In this document: piece by piece, positions 1 to 8,856 of the stretch
Layout: each line of letters begins with the position of its first letter
Numbering within the stretch: position 1 is the stretch's first letter
NCBI GenBank assembly: GCA_049325335.1
Contig: JBMOMC010000001.1
Location: forward strand, 32,001 to 96,000
Length of the DNA: 64,000 bases
Direction: 5' to 3'
DNA from: Nitrospirota bacterium
Lineage (GTDB): Bacteria; Nitrospirota; Nitrospiria; 2-01-FULL-66-17
The notes under the pieces: generated by a model
The model's database searches: none
What the model saw: only the letters and a program-made list of their open reading frames with translations
What the model was told of the DNA's origin: nothing
Translations under genes and position numbers: made by a program

Positions 1-498
1 CGCGCCCCGAGGGCCCGGGATATCGTCGCGATCCAGCCAGTCCACGATCGCGTCCGCCAACTCGGGATCAAGATCTTTGAGTGCCAGGAGACGTTTGAGT
101 TGTTCGATCCGGAACGGGTTGGTCGGTTTGTTCCCGTCTTTGGTGACGAGGGCGTTGAGGTTCAATTTCCCGCCCTCGTCTTGGGCGGCCAGCGACACGG
201 CGCCGTCACCCACCGGATACGGCGGGAACGGAGTAGCCCACAATTCGTCGAGGCTGTCGACCGCACCGGTTTTGACCATGTCGTCCTTGAGCACGGCTTG
301 CGCCGCGGCCACGCCGGACGTTGCGAGGTGGAAGGCTTTCATACCGTCGCGGAAATTGCCCGCCGCGCGCATCGCGGTGCGCGTGGATCGGTCGAACTCC
401 AACACCGCGGTCACGAGCAAGACCAACACCAGCAGGGTGAGCACGAGCGCGAGACCGCGCTGGCCGCGACCAGCCGGCACATCAAACGAGTTGTTCAC
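1..498 (-). CDS. gspK: T2SS minor pseudopilin GspK (5' part; runs off the window edge)
   Basis: Manual translation from GTG at 498: VNNSFDVPAGRGQRG|LALVLTLLVLVLL...DEGGKLNLNAL...LADAIVDWLDRDD, which carries the GspK motifs (DExGKLNLN, AIxDWxD); last gene of the gsp operon. Confidence 0.88.
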   Translation of the reverse strand, partial: MNNSFDVPAGRGQRGLALVLTLLVLVLLVTAVLEFDRSTRTAMRAAGNFRDGMKAFHLATSGVAAAQAVLKDDMVKTGAVDSLDELWATPFPPYPVGDGAVSLAAQDEGGKLNLNALVTKDGNKPTNPFRIEQLKRLLALKDLDPELADAIVDWLDRDDIPGPRGA

Positions 499-511
499 CC
501 CCCTACTCGGT

Positions 512-1060
512 TCAGGACATGCGCTCATAGGTCGAGACCACGAACGACCCGTCCAGGAGTTTGGGGTCCGCGTATCGCGTCTTGAGGCGCAACGATTTGA
601 TGCGGAGGCGCTGCGGCGCCCGATCAAGCCTTTCCAAATACGCCACGATCTGGGCAAGGGTGATGGCTTCGAGTTTGACCTCGGCCGTGACCTCGCGGTA
701 CGGAGCCGACGTCTGCGCGGGCTGCGGCCGGATCGAAGTCAGTCGGTTGCGGATCTGCTGCACGGAGGCGGACTCTTCCAAAAACGATAAGAGCGCGAAG
801 GCCCCGGTATTGGCCACGCGATGATCCAGGACCGCGACTTGGTCCACGGCCACGCGGTACTCCGCCCCCAGCCGCGTGACCCGATCCAGATCCTCCTGGC
901 GGTGGAGGATTCGACGATCCAACCGCGCGCTGCGCTCCAGCAGCGGGTCCACCACCAGGCCGTAGACCGCCAAGAGCGCGGCCGCGGCGCCGCCGACCCC
1001 GAGCACCACGCGTTCGCGCTCCGTGCGCTCGCGCCACCAGTTCGACCATTGCGCCTTCAT
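512..1060 (-). CDS. gspM: T2SS inner-membrane platform protein GspM
   Basis: WxxRTERERxxL motif, one TM segment, coiled coil; follows gspL. Confidence 0.8.
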   Translation of the reverse strand: MKAQWSNWWRERTERERVVLGVGGAAAALLAVYGLVVDPLLERSARLDRRILHRQEDLDRVTRLGAEYRVAVDQVAVLDHRVANTGAFALLSFLEESASVQQIRNRLTSIRPQPAQTSAPYREVTAEVKLEAITLAQIVAYLERLDRAPQRLRIKSLRLKTRYADPKLLDGSFVVSTYERMS

Positions 1061-2556
1061 ACGCCCTCGGCAAGCGTGATGGTCATGATGAATCGCACCT
1101 TGGATTGGTCGGCCGTGGTCTTGGCGTCGCTGACCGTCACGGTCTTGACCATCGGCGACTTGGCCACCGCGCCCTCGATTTTGTTGACCCAGTCGAAGGA
1201 CACGGTCTCCGCCTCCACGCGGACCTTGTCCTGATCGATCACGAGTTCCGACACCGCGATGCCGCTCTCCGGCGGAATCGCGTCGGTCAACGCCAACAAC
1301 ACGTCCAAGACGCCCAGCTCGCCGCCCAAAAAGGCCCGTTGTTTCCTCACGGCGTCGATCGCGGATTGGAGTTGCTCGGGTTCGCTGACCGCCGCGGTCC
1401 CGGGCAATGCGCGCTCGAACGCGGCGCGAACTCCGGCGTTGATGTCCGTCAATCGCCGTTCTTTCAACGCAAGACGCAGGCCGGCGTCCACGCCCGCGGC
1501 GGCCAGTGCGAACACGGTCACGGCGGCCAAGGCCGCCAACCGCCGACGCAAGACCGCGCGCTCGCGGCCGTGGATGAACGCGCCGCGACGGAAGTTGATC
1601 CGGTCCGCTCCGCGCGCCGCCAGCAAACCGAGCCCCGCGGCCAACGCCACCGGGCCGAGCGGTCGCTCAACCCCGCCCACCGGCGCGGTCGGCCACGGCA
1701 CCCAATCCAGTCCCAACACGGCCGCGACGGCTTGCCCGGTTTCGGGAATCGCGGACCACGACCCGCTCACCGCGACCGCAGTCACTCGACGCGACGATTC
1801 GACGCGGTCCGCGCGCAAGGTGCGGGCGACCTCATCGAGCACGGGTTTGAGCGCGGACACCAAGGCATCCGCCACCACTCCGCCGGGAACCTCCGCCCGG
1901 CGATCGCCGATCGCCAGCTCGTCGAGCGCCGCGTCGGACCAGCCGCAGCCTCGCTCCACCGCGGCACGCGCGGCCGCGCCGTCCCAGAGCACGGCGCGCA
2001 TGGCGCGCACGCGGCCTTGCGCGATCAACGCGAGCGTGACCGCCCGTTCATCAAGATGCACCAGCGCCAGATCGATATGAGCGGGCAACCACTCGCCCGC
2101 CGCGGCGGCCAAGGCTTCGGCGTCCACGGTCACGAGCTTGGGGTCCACGCCGCCTCGGGCCGCCTCCTCCAGGCGCGCGCGCAACGTGGTTTTCGGCAAG
2201 GCCGCGGCCAACACTTTGGACTGATTGCCCGCACGCTCCACCAGGGTCCCGTCGATTACCACGTCGTCCAGATCAAACGGAATCTGGCCCTCCAGCTCCG
2301 AGGGCAACGCCGCGTCCCACTTGGACTGCTGTGCGAACGGTAACGTCACGACCCGACCCGACACCTGATATACGGGCACCGCGATCGCCGCGGGCGCGGC
2401 CCGCAGCTTCAGCGACCGGAGCAGGCGAGCGCGATCGTCCTCGCCCTCGGGCGCCCGCGACGAGCGCATGGCGTCGAGTTTCACGCTCTTGAGTCCGACG
2501 TTCACGACCACGGCCGTCAACGTGGATCCCCCGATATCGAACCCGATTCCTCGCAT
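1057..2556 (-). CDS. gspL: T2SS protein GspL (PilM-like actin fold + TM + PilN-like domain)
   Basis: N-terminal GFDIGG actin-like start, ELEGQIPF motif, INFR then a TM segment and periplasmic domain. Confidence 0.82.
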   Translation of the reverse strand: MRGIGFDIGGSTLTAVVVNVGLKSVKLDAMRSSRAPEGEDDRARLLRSLKLRAAPAAIAVPVYQVSGRVVTLPFAQQSKWDAALPSELEGQIPFDLDDVVIDGTLVERAGNQSKVLAAALPKTTLRARLEEAARGGVDPKLVTVDAEALAAAAGEWLPAHIDLALVHLDERAVTLALIAQGRVRAMRAVLWDGAAARAAVERGCGWSDAALDELAIGDRRAEVPGGVVADALVSALKPVLDEVARTLRADRVESSRRVTAVAVSGSWSAIPETGQAVAAVLGLDWVPWPTAPVGGVERPLGPVALAAGLGLLAARGADRINFRRGAFIHGRERAVLRRRLAALAAVTVFALAAAGVDAGLRLALKERRLTDINAGVRAAFERALPGTAAVSEPEQLQSAIDAVRKQRAFLGGELGVLDVLLALTDAIPPESGIAVSELVIDQDKVRVEAETVSFDWVNKIEGAVAKSPMVKTVTVSDAKTTADQSKVRFIMTITLAEGV

Positions 2557-2557
2557 C

Positions 2558-3442
2558 TTATCCCACGGACAGTCCGTTCACGCTCACCCCGGGGCGAACC
2601 AGTCGCCCGCTTACCCGCACCGTGATCGCCCCGTCTTTTTCCCCGGCCAACGCCAACATCGGCATCCGAGCTTTGGCCTCGGCGGACGGCTCCACGCGCA
2701 GCGTGACGTTCACCACGCTCTCGGTCCACGGCGCGCGTATCAAGATGGTGCCGTCGCCCGACACCGTGCCCAACGGCCCGCGACCCGCGATTCGCTGCAA
2801 CGTCAATGTCCCTCCCTTGAGCGTGAGTTGCCCGGTCACCGTGTCGAACTCGATGCCGTTGACCGGGAACCCCGACACCGTGATGCCGTCAACCTTGAGC
2901 CCCGAAAGCTCCACCGACCCCGTCCCGTCCCCAAGCCACCACGCTTCATTGAGCCACCGACAGCTCAGGTCAACCTGCAGCGTCCCGCGCCACGAGCCGC
3001 TCGGCAGTCCGGGAAGTTTCGCGAGATCGAATCCGCGCCCGAACTGATCCAACGCGGACCGCATCCCGTCCGCCTCGCGCCGCAACGCGAAGCCGCCGCG
3101 GGCGGTGCCGCCGTACGCGTCCCAGGCCACGTCCGCTTCGACCCGTCGGCTGAGCAACGGAATCACCGCGACCTGAATCCGCACCGCGTCCAGATCCACG
3201 CCCCGCTCGGGCCGATCGCGCTGGGCCGCATGAACGCCGCGCCACGACACGCCGACCGGGAAGCGCCACGTGCGCTCGTCCACCGTGATCACGGCCTTGG
3301 CCCGCTGTTGCACCTCCGCCAATAGCCGGACCTGCAGCGCCTCGACCGGGAATTGCCACGCCAAAAACACGAGGAACACCGCCAACGTATACAGCGCATA
3401 CGCGGCAACGGTCCCCCACGGTATTCGCCGACCGAACCGCAA
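2558..3442 (-). CDS. gspN: T2SS protein GspN
   Basis: N-terminal TM followed by FP motif, beta-rich body, C-terminal GxLxxP; operon position. Confidence 0.75.
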   Translation of the reverse strand: MRFGRRIPWGTVAAYALYTLAVFLVFLAWQFPVEALQVRLLAEVQQRAKAVITVDERTWRFPVGVSWRGVHAAQRDRPERGVDLDAVRIQVAVIPLLSRRVEADVAWDAYGGTARGGFALRREADGMRSALDQFGRGFDLAKLPGLPSGSWRGTLQVDLSCRWLNEAWWLGDGTGSVELSGLKVDGITVSGFPVNGIEFDTVTGQLTLKGGTLTLQRIAGRGPLGTVSGDGTILIRAPWTESVVNVTLRVEPSAEAKARMPMLALAGEKDGAITVRVSGRLVRPGVSVNGLSVG

Positions 3443-3455
3443 GGCGTCGCCGGGG

Positions 3456-4214
3456 TTACTGCCTTGCCAGCGGCAACGGCACCGTGGTGCGAACGCGTTC
3501 GGCCGGCGCGGATCCGGACCCCGCGAGCGCCACCGTGACCTCCACCGCTTCCGGAAGCGCCGTCCGTTGGGATGCGTCCCACTCGTCCACCCACTCGCCG
3601 CGAGTCAGGTACCGCAACCGGAACGTGGTCACGCCCGCGGCCAGTTCGTCCGTCTGCAGCGCCCATCCCCCATCCGCCAGCGGATTCACCCGTTCATCCC
3701 GCACCAATCGGCCGCCGGCTTCTCCCGAACCCGGCTCAACCCGGTAGGTGACCTCCGCCACGTCGGACTCCGGGCGATCCCCCACGTAGCGGCGATGCGC
3801 GAACGTGGTCCATGCCAGTTGATCTCGTCGTTCCTCCTCCGGTGACGCCGTATCTTTGCTCCCGAGAAACCGCCCCCGCGCGGTCTGGTCCGTTGCCCCC
3901 GGCACGATGCCTTCCCGGAACCAATACGCGGACGACAGTTCATCAATCAAACGCTCCATGATCACCTGGACCTGCCGGACGCGATCCGTGACCTCCGCAG
4001 TCTCCCGCGTCACGTCCATGCTCCGGGCAAACGCCCCGTACACGATCGTCATCACCACGGCCAAAATCCCCATCACCACCACGACTTCAATGAGAGTAAA
4101 TCCGTAATGCGCCGAGGGCGCAACTGACGATCGTGTCGCTCCTCGCGGATCGCGCAGCAACCCGCACTGCGCTAAGGGCGCAACTGATACTCGTATTCCT
4201 CCGCGCTCGCGCAC
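3456..4214 (-). CDS. gspJ: T2SS minor pseudopilin GspJ with a 38-aa repeat-containing leader
   Basis: G|FTLIEVVVVMGIL N-methyl-Phe motif; C-terminal W.DEWD...LPEAVEV typical of GspJ. Confidence 0.88.
   Translation of the reverse strand: MRERGGIRVSVAPLAQCGLLRDPRGATRSSVAPSAHYGFTLIEVVVVMGILAVVMTIVYGAFARSMDVTRETAEVTDRVRQVQVIMERLIDELSSAYWFREGIVPGATDQTARGRFLGSKDTASPEEERRDQLAWTTFAHRRYVGDRPESDVAEVTYRVEPGSGEAGGRLVRDERVNPLADGGWALQTDELAAGVTTFRLRYLTRGEWVDEWDASQRTALPEAVEVTVALAGSGSAPAERVRTTVPLPLARQ
4099..4214 (-). repeat. About two units of a 60-bp palindromic repeat in the gspJ leader
   Basis: 4099-4158 and 4159-4214 share AA(T/C)CCG..TGCGCnnAGGGCGCAACTGA; internal hairpin TGCGCC-nnn-GGCGCA. Confidence 0.9.
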
Positions 4215-4218
4215 GTGG

Positions 4219-4719
4219 TCACCGTCCCGCCGGTTTCTGGAACACGTAGCGGACTAGGTCCACTCGCTCGGATTGCGCCGGGGCCCAGGTCACGCTGACC
4301 CGCACCTCGCGCACGAAATCAAACGGCGTGGCCGCGACGTCTTGTCGCCACGCATAGCCGGCATGGTCATCATCAAAACGACCTTCGCTTGACCCGATCT
4401 CCGGGAACGGCCCCACCACCGTGTCGCCCAGACGCTGCTGCGCCAAGGCCGTGGCTTGGATCATGGCCCGCGCCCGGTCGTGCATCACGATGTCGCTATT
4501 GCGCAGCCCCAGCAAGGCCACGAACGCCACCGCAATAATGGCCAAGGCGATCATGATTTCCAGCAAGGTAAACCCGCACTGCGCCGTAGGCGCAGAATCA
4601 GATGGCCCCATTCCCTTCGGGTGGCGCAGCAATCCACGTTGCGTCGAGGGCGCAACTGGTAATAGTCCTTTTCCTTGCGGATCGCACAGCAACCCGCACT
4701 GTGCCGACGACTTGTTCAC
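4219..4719 (-). CDS. gspI: T2SS minor pseudopilin GspI with a 49-aa repeat-containing leader
   Basis: G|FTLLEIMIALAII motif; GTGA overlap with the gspH stop. Confidence 0.88.
   Translation of the reverse strand: MNKSSAQCGLLCDPQGKGLLPVAPSTQRGLLRHPKGMGPSDSAPTAQCGFTLLEIMIALAIIAVAFVALLGLRNSDIVMHDRARAMIQATALAQQRLGDTVVGPFPEIGSSEGRFDDDHAGYAWRQDVAATPFDFVREVRVSVTWAPAQSERVDLVRYVFQKPAGR
4571..4707 (-). repeat. Two and a quarter units of the same 60-bp repeat in the gspI leader
   Basis: Units at 4571-4630 and 4631-4690 plus a partial at 4691-4707; exact 60-bp period; same family as in gspJ. Confidence 0.9.
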
Positions 4720-5327
4720 GTCGTCCCCACGACCTCCACGTACCCATCGGTGACCGCGACACGGCCCGTGACCGGGTTGATGGATACGGTGTACTGCGCG
4801 TCACGCTCGTCTTTGAGATGGATCGTGGTGCGGGTGGTTGCGCCGGACGGGAAAAACTGCGTGAACGCGGTGCCGGACGTGATCAGGCCTTGATGAGCCG
4901 TCACCACGTCCTCGAACCGCACGTCGGACGGCAGGCGCCGCTTCGATCCGACCGGTGCGCTCTCTTCCAACACCCCGCCGACCGGAGTGAGCACGGTGAC
5001 CCAGTATTCGCGTTGATCCAAATCGTAATACAGCCGCTGAATCGTGTGTCTCGCCACCGCCTCCTGCACCAGCGCGGACGCCACGCCCGTCAACTCGCGC
5101 GACGCGGCACGCGCGTCACCGCCGGCGAACCGGTGCAAGCTCGGCGTCACCAACATCGCCATGAGCGCGAGAATGAAGACCACGATGGTGATTTCGATGA
5201 GCGTAAAACCGGACGATTGATCGATGCGGGCCCTACCCGGGAAATCCCCGGGTGCTCCCCGATGACACGGGGGGGCGGGGGAGATTTCGCGTGGGCGCGT
5301 CTGATCCGATGGTCGATCGAACGTCAC
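4716..5327 (-). CDS. gspH: T2SS minor pseudopilin GspH with a 40-aa leader
   Basis: G|FTLIEITIVVFIL motif; GTGA overlap with the gspG stop. Confidence 0.85.
   Translation of the reverse strand: MTFDRPSDQTRPREISPAPPCHRGAPGDFPGRARIDQSSGFTLIEITIVVFILALMAMLVTPSLHRFAGGDARAASRELTGVASALVQEAVARHTIQRLYYDLDQREYWVTVLTPVGGVLEESAPVGSKRRLPSDVRFEDVVTAHQGLITSGTAFTQFFPSGATTRTTIHLKDERDAQYTVSINPVTGRVAVTDGYVEVVGTT
5219..5306. repeat. Long imperfect inverted repeat within the gspH leader
   Basis: GATCGATGCGGGCCC..GAAATCCCCG pairs with CGGGGGAGATTTC..GGGCGCGTCTGATC. Confidence 0.65.
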
Positions 5328-5803
5328 TTCAGGTCCCAGTTCTCCAAGTCCGCGTCCTTGCCGTCGCCCCCGCGCTCACCATCCCCGCCATAGGAGAGCA
5401 GGTCGAAATCCCCATGCGTTCCCGGCGACAAGTACACGTAGGCGTGACTCCAGGGGTCCTTGGGCACCTTCGGCAAATACCCACCGGTTCGCCAACGCTC
5501 GGGAACCGGGCTCGACGTGGGTTTGGTCACCAACGCCTCCAACCCCTGCTCCGTGGTTGGGTACACGCCGCTGTCGAGTTTGTACAGGTGCAGCGCCTGT
5601 TCAAGATTCTTCATCTCCACCACCGCCGCGGTGCGCCGCGCATCGTCGGTCCGGCCCACGATCTTGGGGACCACGAGGATCGCTAAAATCGCCAAGATCG
5701 TCACCACCACCATGACCTCGATGAGAGTGAACCCGGCCGTGGCGATCACCGGCTTCATCCCGCGAACCATGCCTCTCACCAACCACCCCGACGGACTTCT
5801 CAC
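5324..5803 (-). CDS. gspG: T2SS major pseudopilin GspG
   Basis: GFTLIEVMVV; LYKLDSGVYPTTEQGLEALV; GGYL..VPKDPW; FDLLSYGGDG. Confidence 0.97.
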   Translation of the reverse strand: MRSPSGWLVRGMVRGMKPVIATAGFTLIEVMVVVTILAILAILVVPKIVGRTDDARRTAAVVEMKNLEQALHLYKLDSGVYPTTEQGLEALVTKPTSSPVPERWRTGGYLPKVPKDPWSHAYVYLSPGTHGDFDLLSYGGDGERGGDGKDADLENWDLK

Positions 5804-5807
5804 GGCA

Positions 5808-7016
5808 TCACCTCACAATCTGACTCATTTCAAAAATCGGCAGCAGGATCGCCAACACAATGAACAGAATCACGCCGCCCATCACCAGAATCATGACCGG
5901 CGAGAGCAATGACGTGATCGAGCCCAATGTGGTTTCGACCTCGTGATCGTACGTGTCCGAGACCCGCTTCAACATCGTCTCCAGCTCACCGCTCAGCTCA
6001 CCCACCGCGATCATGTGCGTGACCAAGGGAGGAAAGACCCCGCTGGCGCGCAACGGCTCGGCGATGCTCTGCCCCTGCCGGATACGCTCGCGCGCCGAGT
6101 CGATCGCCTCGGCGATCACCTCGTTACGCACCACGTGCCGGACGATCTCCAGCGCGGTCAACAACGCCACGCCACCGGCCAGTAACGTGCTCAACGTCGA
6201 GGAGAATCTCGACAAGGCGATGAGGCGGTTCAGCCGACCCATGATCGGCAGTCGCAACGCCAGCGCGTCGAGCCGCCGTCGGCCCAGCGGCGTGCGGGCG
6301 TACCGAGCGAACGCGATGCCGCCGACGACCGCCGCCAGCGCGAAGACCCACCACCCCACCCGCACCACGTCGCTGGCCGCGATGAGGATACGCGTGGGCC
6401 ACGGCAACGCCTGCTGAAGATCCGCGAACACGGCTGTAACCTTGGGCACCACGAACGCCACGAGAAAGACGAGGATTCCCAGGCTCACCGCCAGCATCAG
6501 CACTGGGTACGTTAATGCGCTCACGACCGCGTTGCGCACCTTGGCCTGCCGTTCGAGAAAGTCGGCCAAACTCGCCAACACCCGATCCAATGTGCCGCTG
6601 GCCTCGCCGACCCGCACCATGTTGACGTACAGCGTCGAGAACACCGACGGGTGGGCCCCGAGGGCTTCGGCAAAGGAGCCTCCCTCGCGAATGCGCTCAC
6701 GCACCGCCGCCACCACGCGTTTGACCGCGGTGCGCTCGACCTGTTCCCCCAACGCGGTCAACGCGTCGATGAGCGGGAGCCCCGCCGCCAGCAATGTGGC
6801 GAGCTGCCGCGTCAGGACCGCGGTTTCGACCGCGGACACGCGTTCGCCCCACACCGGACGACCGGCCGCGGGGCGCGCCGCGGTCGCGGCCACGTCCACG
6901 GGAAACACGCCCGAACGTTTGAGTTTTTGCCGCGCGTCCTTGGGGCTGTCGGCGTCGATCACCCCCGAAACCGTTCGGCCTTCCGTGGTCAATGCGGTGT
7001 ATTCAAAGACGGGCAT
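5808..7016 (-). CDS. gspF: T2SS inner-membrane protein GspF
   Basis: Start trimmed to MPVFEYTAL; TRQLATLLAAGLPL, GEASGTL, MIAVGELSGEL, AILLPIF. Confidence 0.96.
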   Translation of the reverse strand: MPVFEYTALTTEGRTVSGVIDADSPKDARQKLKRSGVFPVDVAATAARPAAGRPVWGERVSAVETAVLTRQLATLLAAGLPLIDALTALGEQVERTAVKRVVAAVRERIREGGSFAEALGAHPSVFSTLYVNMVRVGEASGTLDRVLASLADFLERQAKVRNAVVSALTYPVLMLAVSLGILVFLVAFVVPKVTAVFADLQQALPWPTRILIAASDVVRVGWWVFALAAVVGGIAFARYARTPLGRRRLDALALRLPIMGRLNRLIALSRFSSTLSTLLAGGVALLTALEIVRHVVRNEVIAEAIDSARERIRQGQSIAEPLRASGVFPPLVTHMIAVGELSGELETMLKRVSDTYDHEVETTLGSITSLLSPVMILVMGGVILFIVLAILLPIFEMSQIVR

Positions 7017-7071
7017 GGCGCGACGGTCACTTAGGCGGCGGACGGGTTCCGACGATCGCCGGTCGGGGACA

Positions 7072-8850
7072 TCATCCGACGTCCTCGGCGGTGACCCGCA
7101 GCACCTCTTCGGTGGTCGTGATTCCGGACACGACTTTCTGCGCGCCGTCTTCGCGGAGGGTTCGCATCCCGTGCTCCATCGCGCGGGCCTTGATGGTGTT
7201 GGCGTCGGTCTTGGCGAGGACCAACGCCCGCAACTCGTCGTCCAAGACCAGAATTTCGTAGATCCCGGTCCGCCCACGGTACCCGGTCGACAGGCATTCA
7301 GCGCACCCGCCAGCACGAAACCAGGGGGTCGCCGACGCGCGCTCCGCGCTCATGCCGAGTTTGGCCAATTCGTCCGGCGAGGGGTGATACGGTTGGCGGC
7401 AGGCCGCGCACAGGACGCGCACCAGGCGCTGTGCCACGATCGCCACGAGCGACGACGCGACCAGGAACGGCTCGATCCCCATATCCAGCAACCGCGTGAT
7501 CGCGCCCGCCGCGTCGTTGGTATGAAGCGTGGAGAAGACCAAGTGTCCGGTCAACGACGCGTGGATCGCGATCTCCGCGGTCTCGCCGTCACGGATTTCG
7601 CCGACCATAATGACGTCCGGGTCCTGGCGCAGGATCGACCGCAGGCCGGCCGCGAACGTGAGGTTGATCTTTGGATTGACCTGCATTTGCCCGACCCCGC
7701 GAAGCTGGTATTCGATGGGGTCTTCGATGGTGATGATGTTCTTTTCCGGGGCATTGATGGTATTGAGCGCGGCGTAGAGCGTGGTCGTCTTCCCACTCCC
7801 GGTCGGGCCGGTGACGAGCACGATGCCGTGACTGAGGCGAACGAGGTGGCTCAATGTTTTGAGCCGTTGCTCGTCGAGCCCGATCTCGGTCAACTGCAGG
7901 AGGAGATTCCCCTTGTCCAACAACCGGAGGACCAGCCGCTCGCCGTGCGCGGTGGGAATGGCCGAGACGCGGATATCCACGTCCCGTCCGGCAATTTTGA
8001 TGCTGATCCGCCCGTCTTGCGGTAGCCGCTTTTCCGCGATATTGAGTCCGCCCATGATCTTGACGCGCGAGATGATGCTGGCCTGGAGCCGCTTGGGCGG
8101 GGTCAACACGTTGTACAACACGCCGTCGATGCGGTACCGAATGAGCAGGTCCCGTTCGAACGGTTCGATATGGATGTCGCTCGCACGCTTCTTGGCGGCC
8201 TCAAACAGCAATGAGTTGACCAACTTGATGATCGGCGCCTCGTCCGCCGCCTCCAACAAGTCGCGGGGTTCTTCGCGCAAGGCCGTGGCCAAGGAGTCAA
8301 GCGATTCCGCGCCGAGATCTTCAATCACTTGCTCGGCCGAGTCCCCGGAACGTTCGTACGCCTGGTTGATGCACGAGACAATGGAGCGGGACGGGGCAAC
8401 CACGGTGCTCACCGGCTTGGCCAACAACAGACGGATGTCATCGAGCGGCGCCGTCACCAGCGGCTGCGCAGTCGCCACCCGGACCACGCCCCCGACCTCG
8501 CGCAGCGGGAGGATCTCGTACCGTTTGGCGAACGCGATCGGCACTTTCACGAGCAGTGCGCGATCGACATCGACAGTGGACACGTGGGACAGATACGGCA
8601 CGCCGAGTTGTTCGGCCAGCGCTTCCAGTACCGCCTCTTCCGTGACGTAGCCCAGGCGCACCAAAATTTCTCCGATGCGCCCGCCCTTGTCCCGTTGCAC
8701 CGCGAGGGCTTCGTCCACCTGCGCGGGCGTCACGCCGAACTTGGCGGCCAAGATGTCGGACAGCCGCCCCGACGCCGCGCCAGGTCCGGTTGACGCGCGC
8801 GCGGAACCGGACGCGTTATCCGGCGTTCCGACGGTGTCGGCCGGTTTCAT
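7072..8850 (-). CDS. gspE: T2SS ATPase GspE
   Basis: ASDIHIEP, Walker A GPTGSGKTT, LRQDPDVIMVGEIRD, tetracysteine motif; N-terminal MshEN-like RIGEILVRLG. Confidence 0.97.
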   Translation of the reverse strand: MKPADTVGTPDNASGSARASTGPGAASGRLSDILAAKFGVTPAQVDEALAVQRDKGGRIGEILVRLGYVTEEAVLEALAEQLGVPYLSHVSTVDVDRALLVKVPIAFAKRYEILPLREVGGVVRVATAQPLVTAPLDDIRLLLAKPVSTVVAPSRSIVSCINQAYERSGDSAEQVIEDLGAESLDSLATALREEPRDLLEAADEAPIIKLVNSLLFEAAKKRASDIHIEPFERDLLIRYRIDGVLYNVLTPPKRLQASIISRVKIMGGLNIAEKRLPQDGRISIKIAGRDVDIRVSAIPTAHGERLVLRLLDKGNLLLQLTEIGLDEQRLKTLSHLVRLSHGIVLVTGPTGSGKTTTLYAALNTINAPEKNIITIEDPIEYQLRGVGQMQVNPKINLTFAAGLRSILRQDPDVIMVGEIRDGETAEIAIHASLTGHLVFSTLHTNDAAGAITRLLDMGIEPFLVASSLVAIVAQRLVRVLCAACRQPYHPSPDELAKLGMSAERASATPWFRAGGCAECLSTGYRGRTGIYEILVLDDELRALVLAKTDANTIKARAMEHGMRTLREDGAQKVVSGITTTEEVLRVTAEDVG

Positions 8851-8856
8851 GATGGA

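Noticed and set aside
4099..4707. The 60-bp repeats read as a CRISPR mini-array (conserved part plus variable part)
   Set aside because: Variable parts are only about 12-18 nt, the repeats are degenerate and in frame within genes, and there are no cas genes or leader
5756..5803. VRGM-VRGM mini-duplication in the gspG leader
   Set aside because: Too short and weak at the DNA level, and internal ATGs would give a normal short leader
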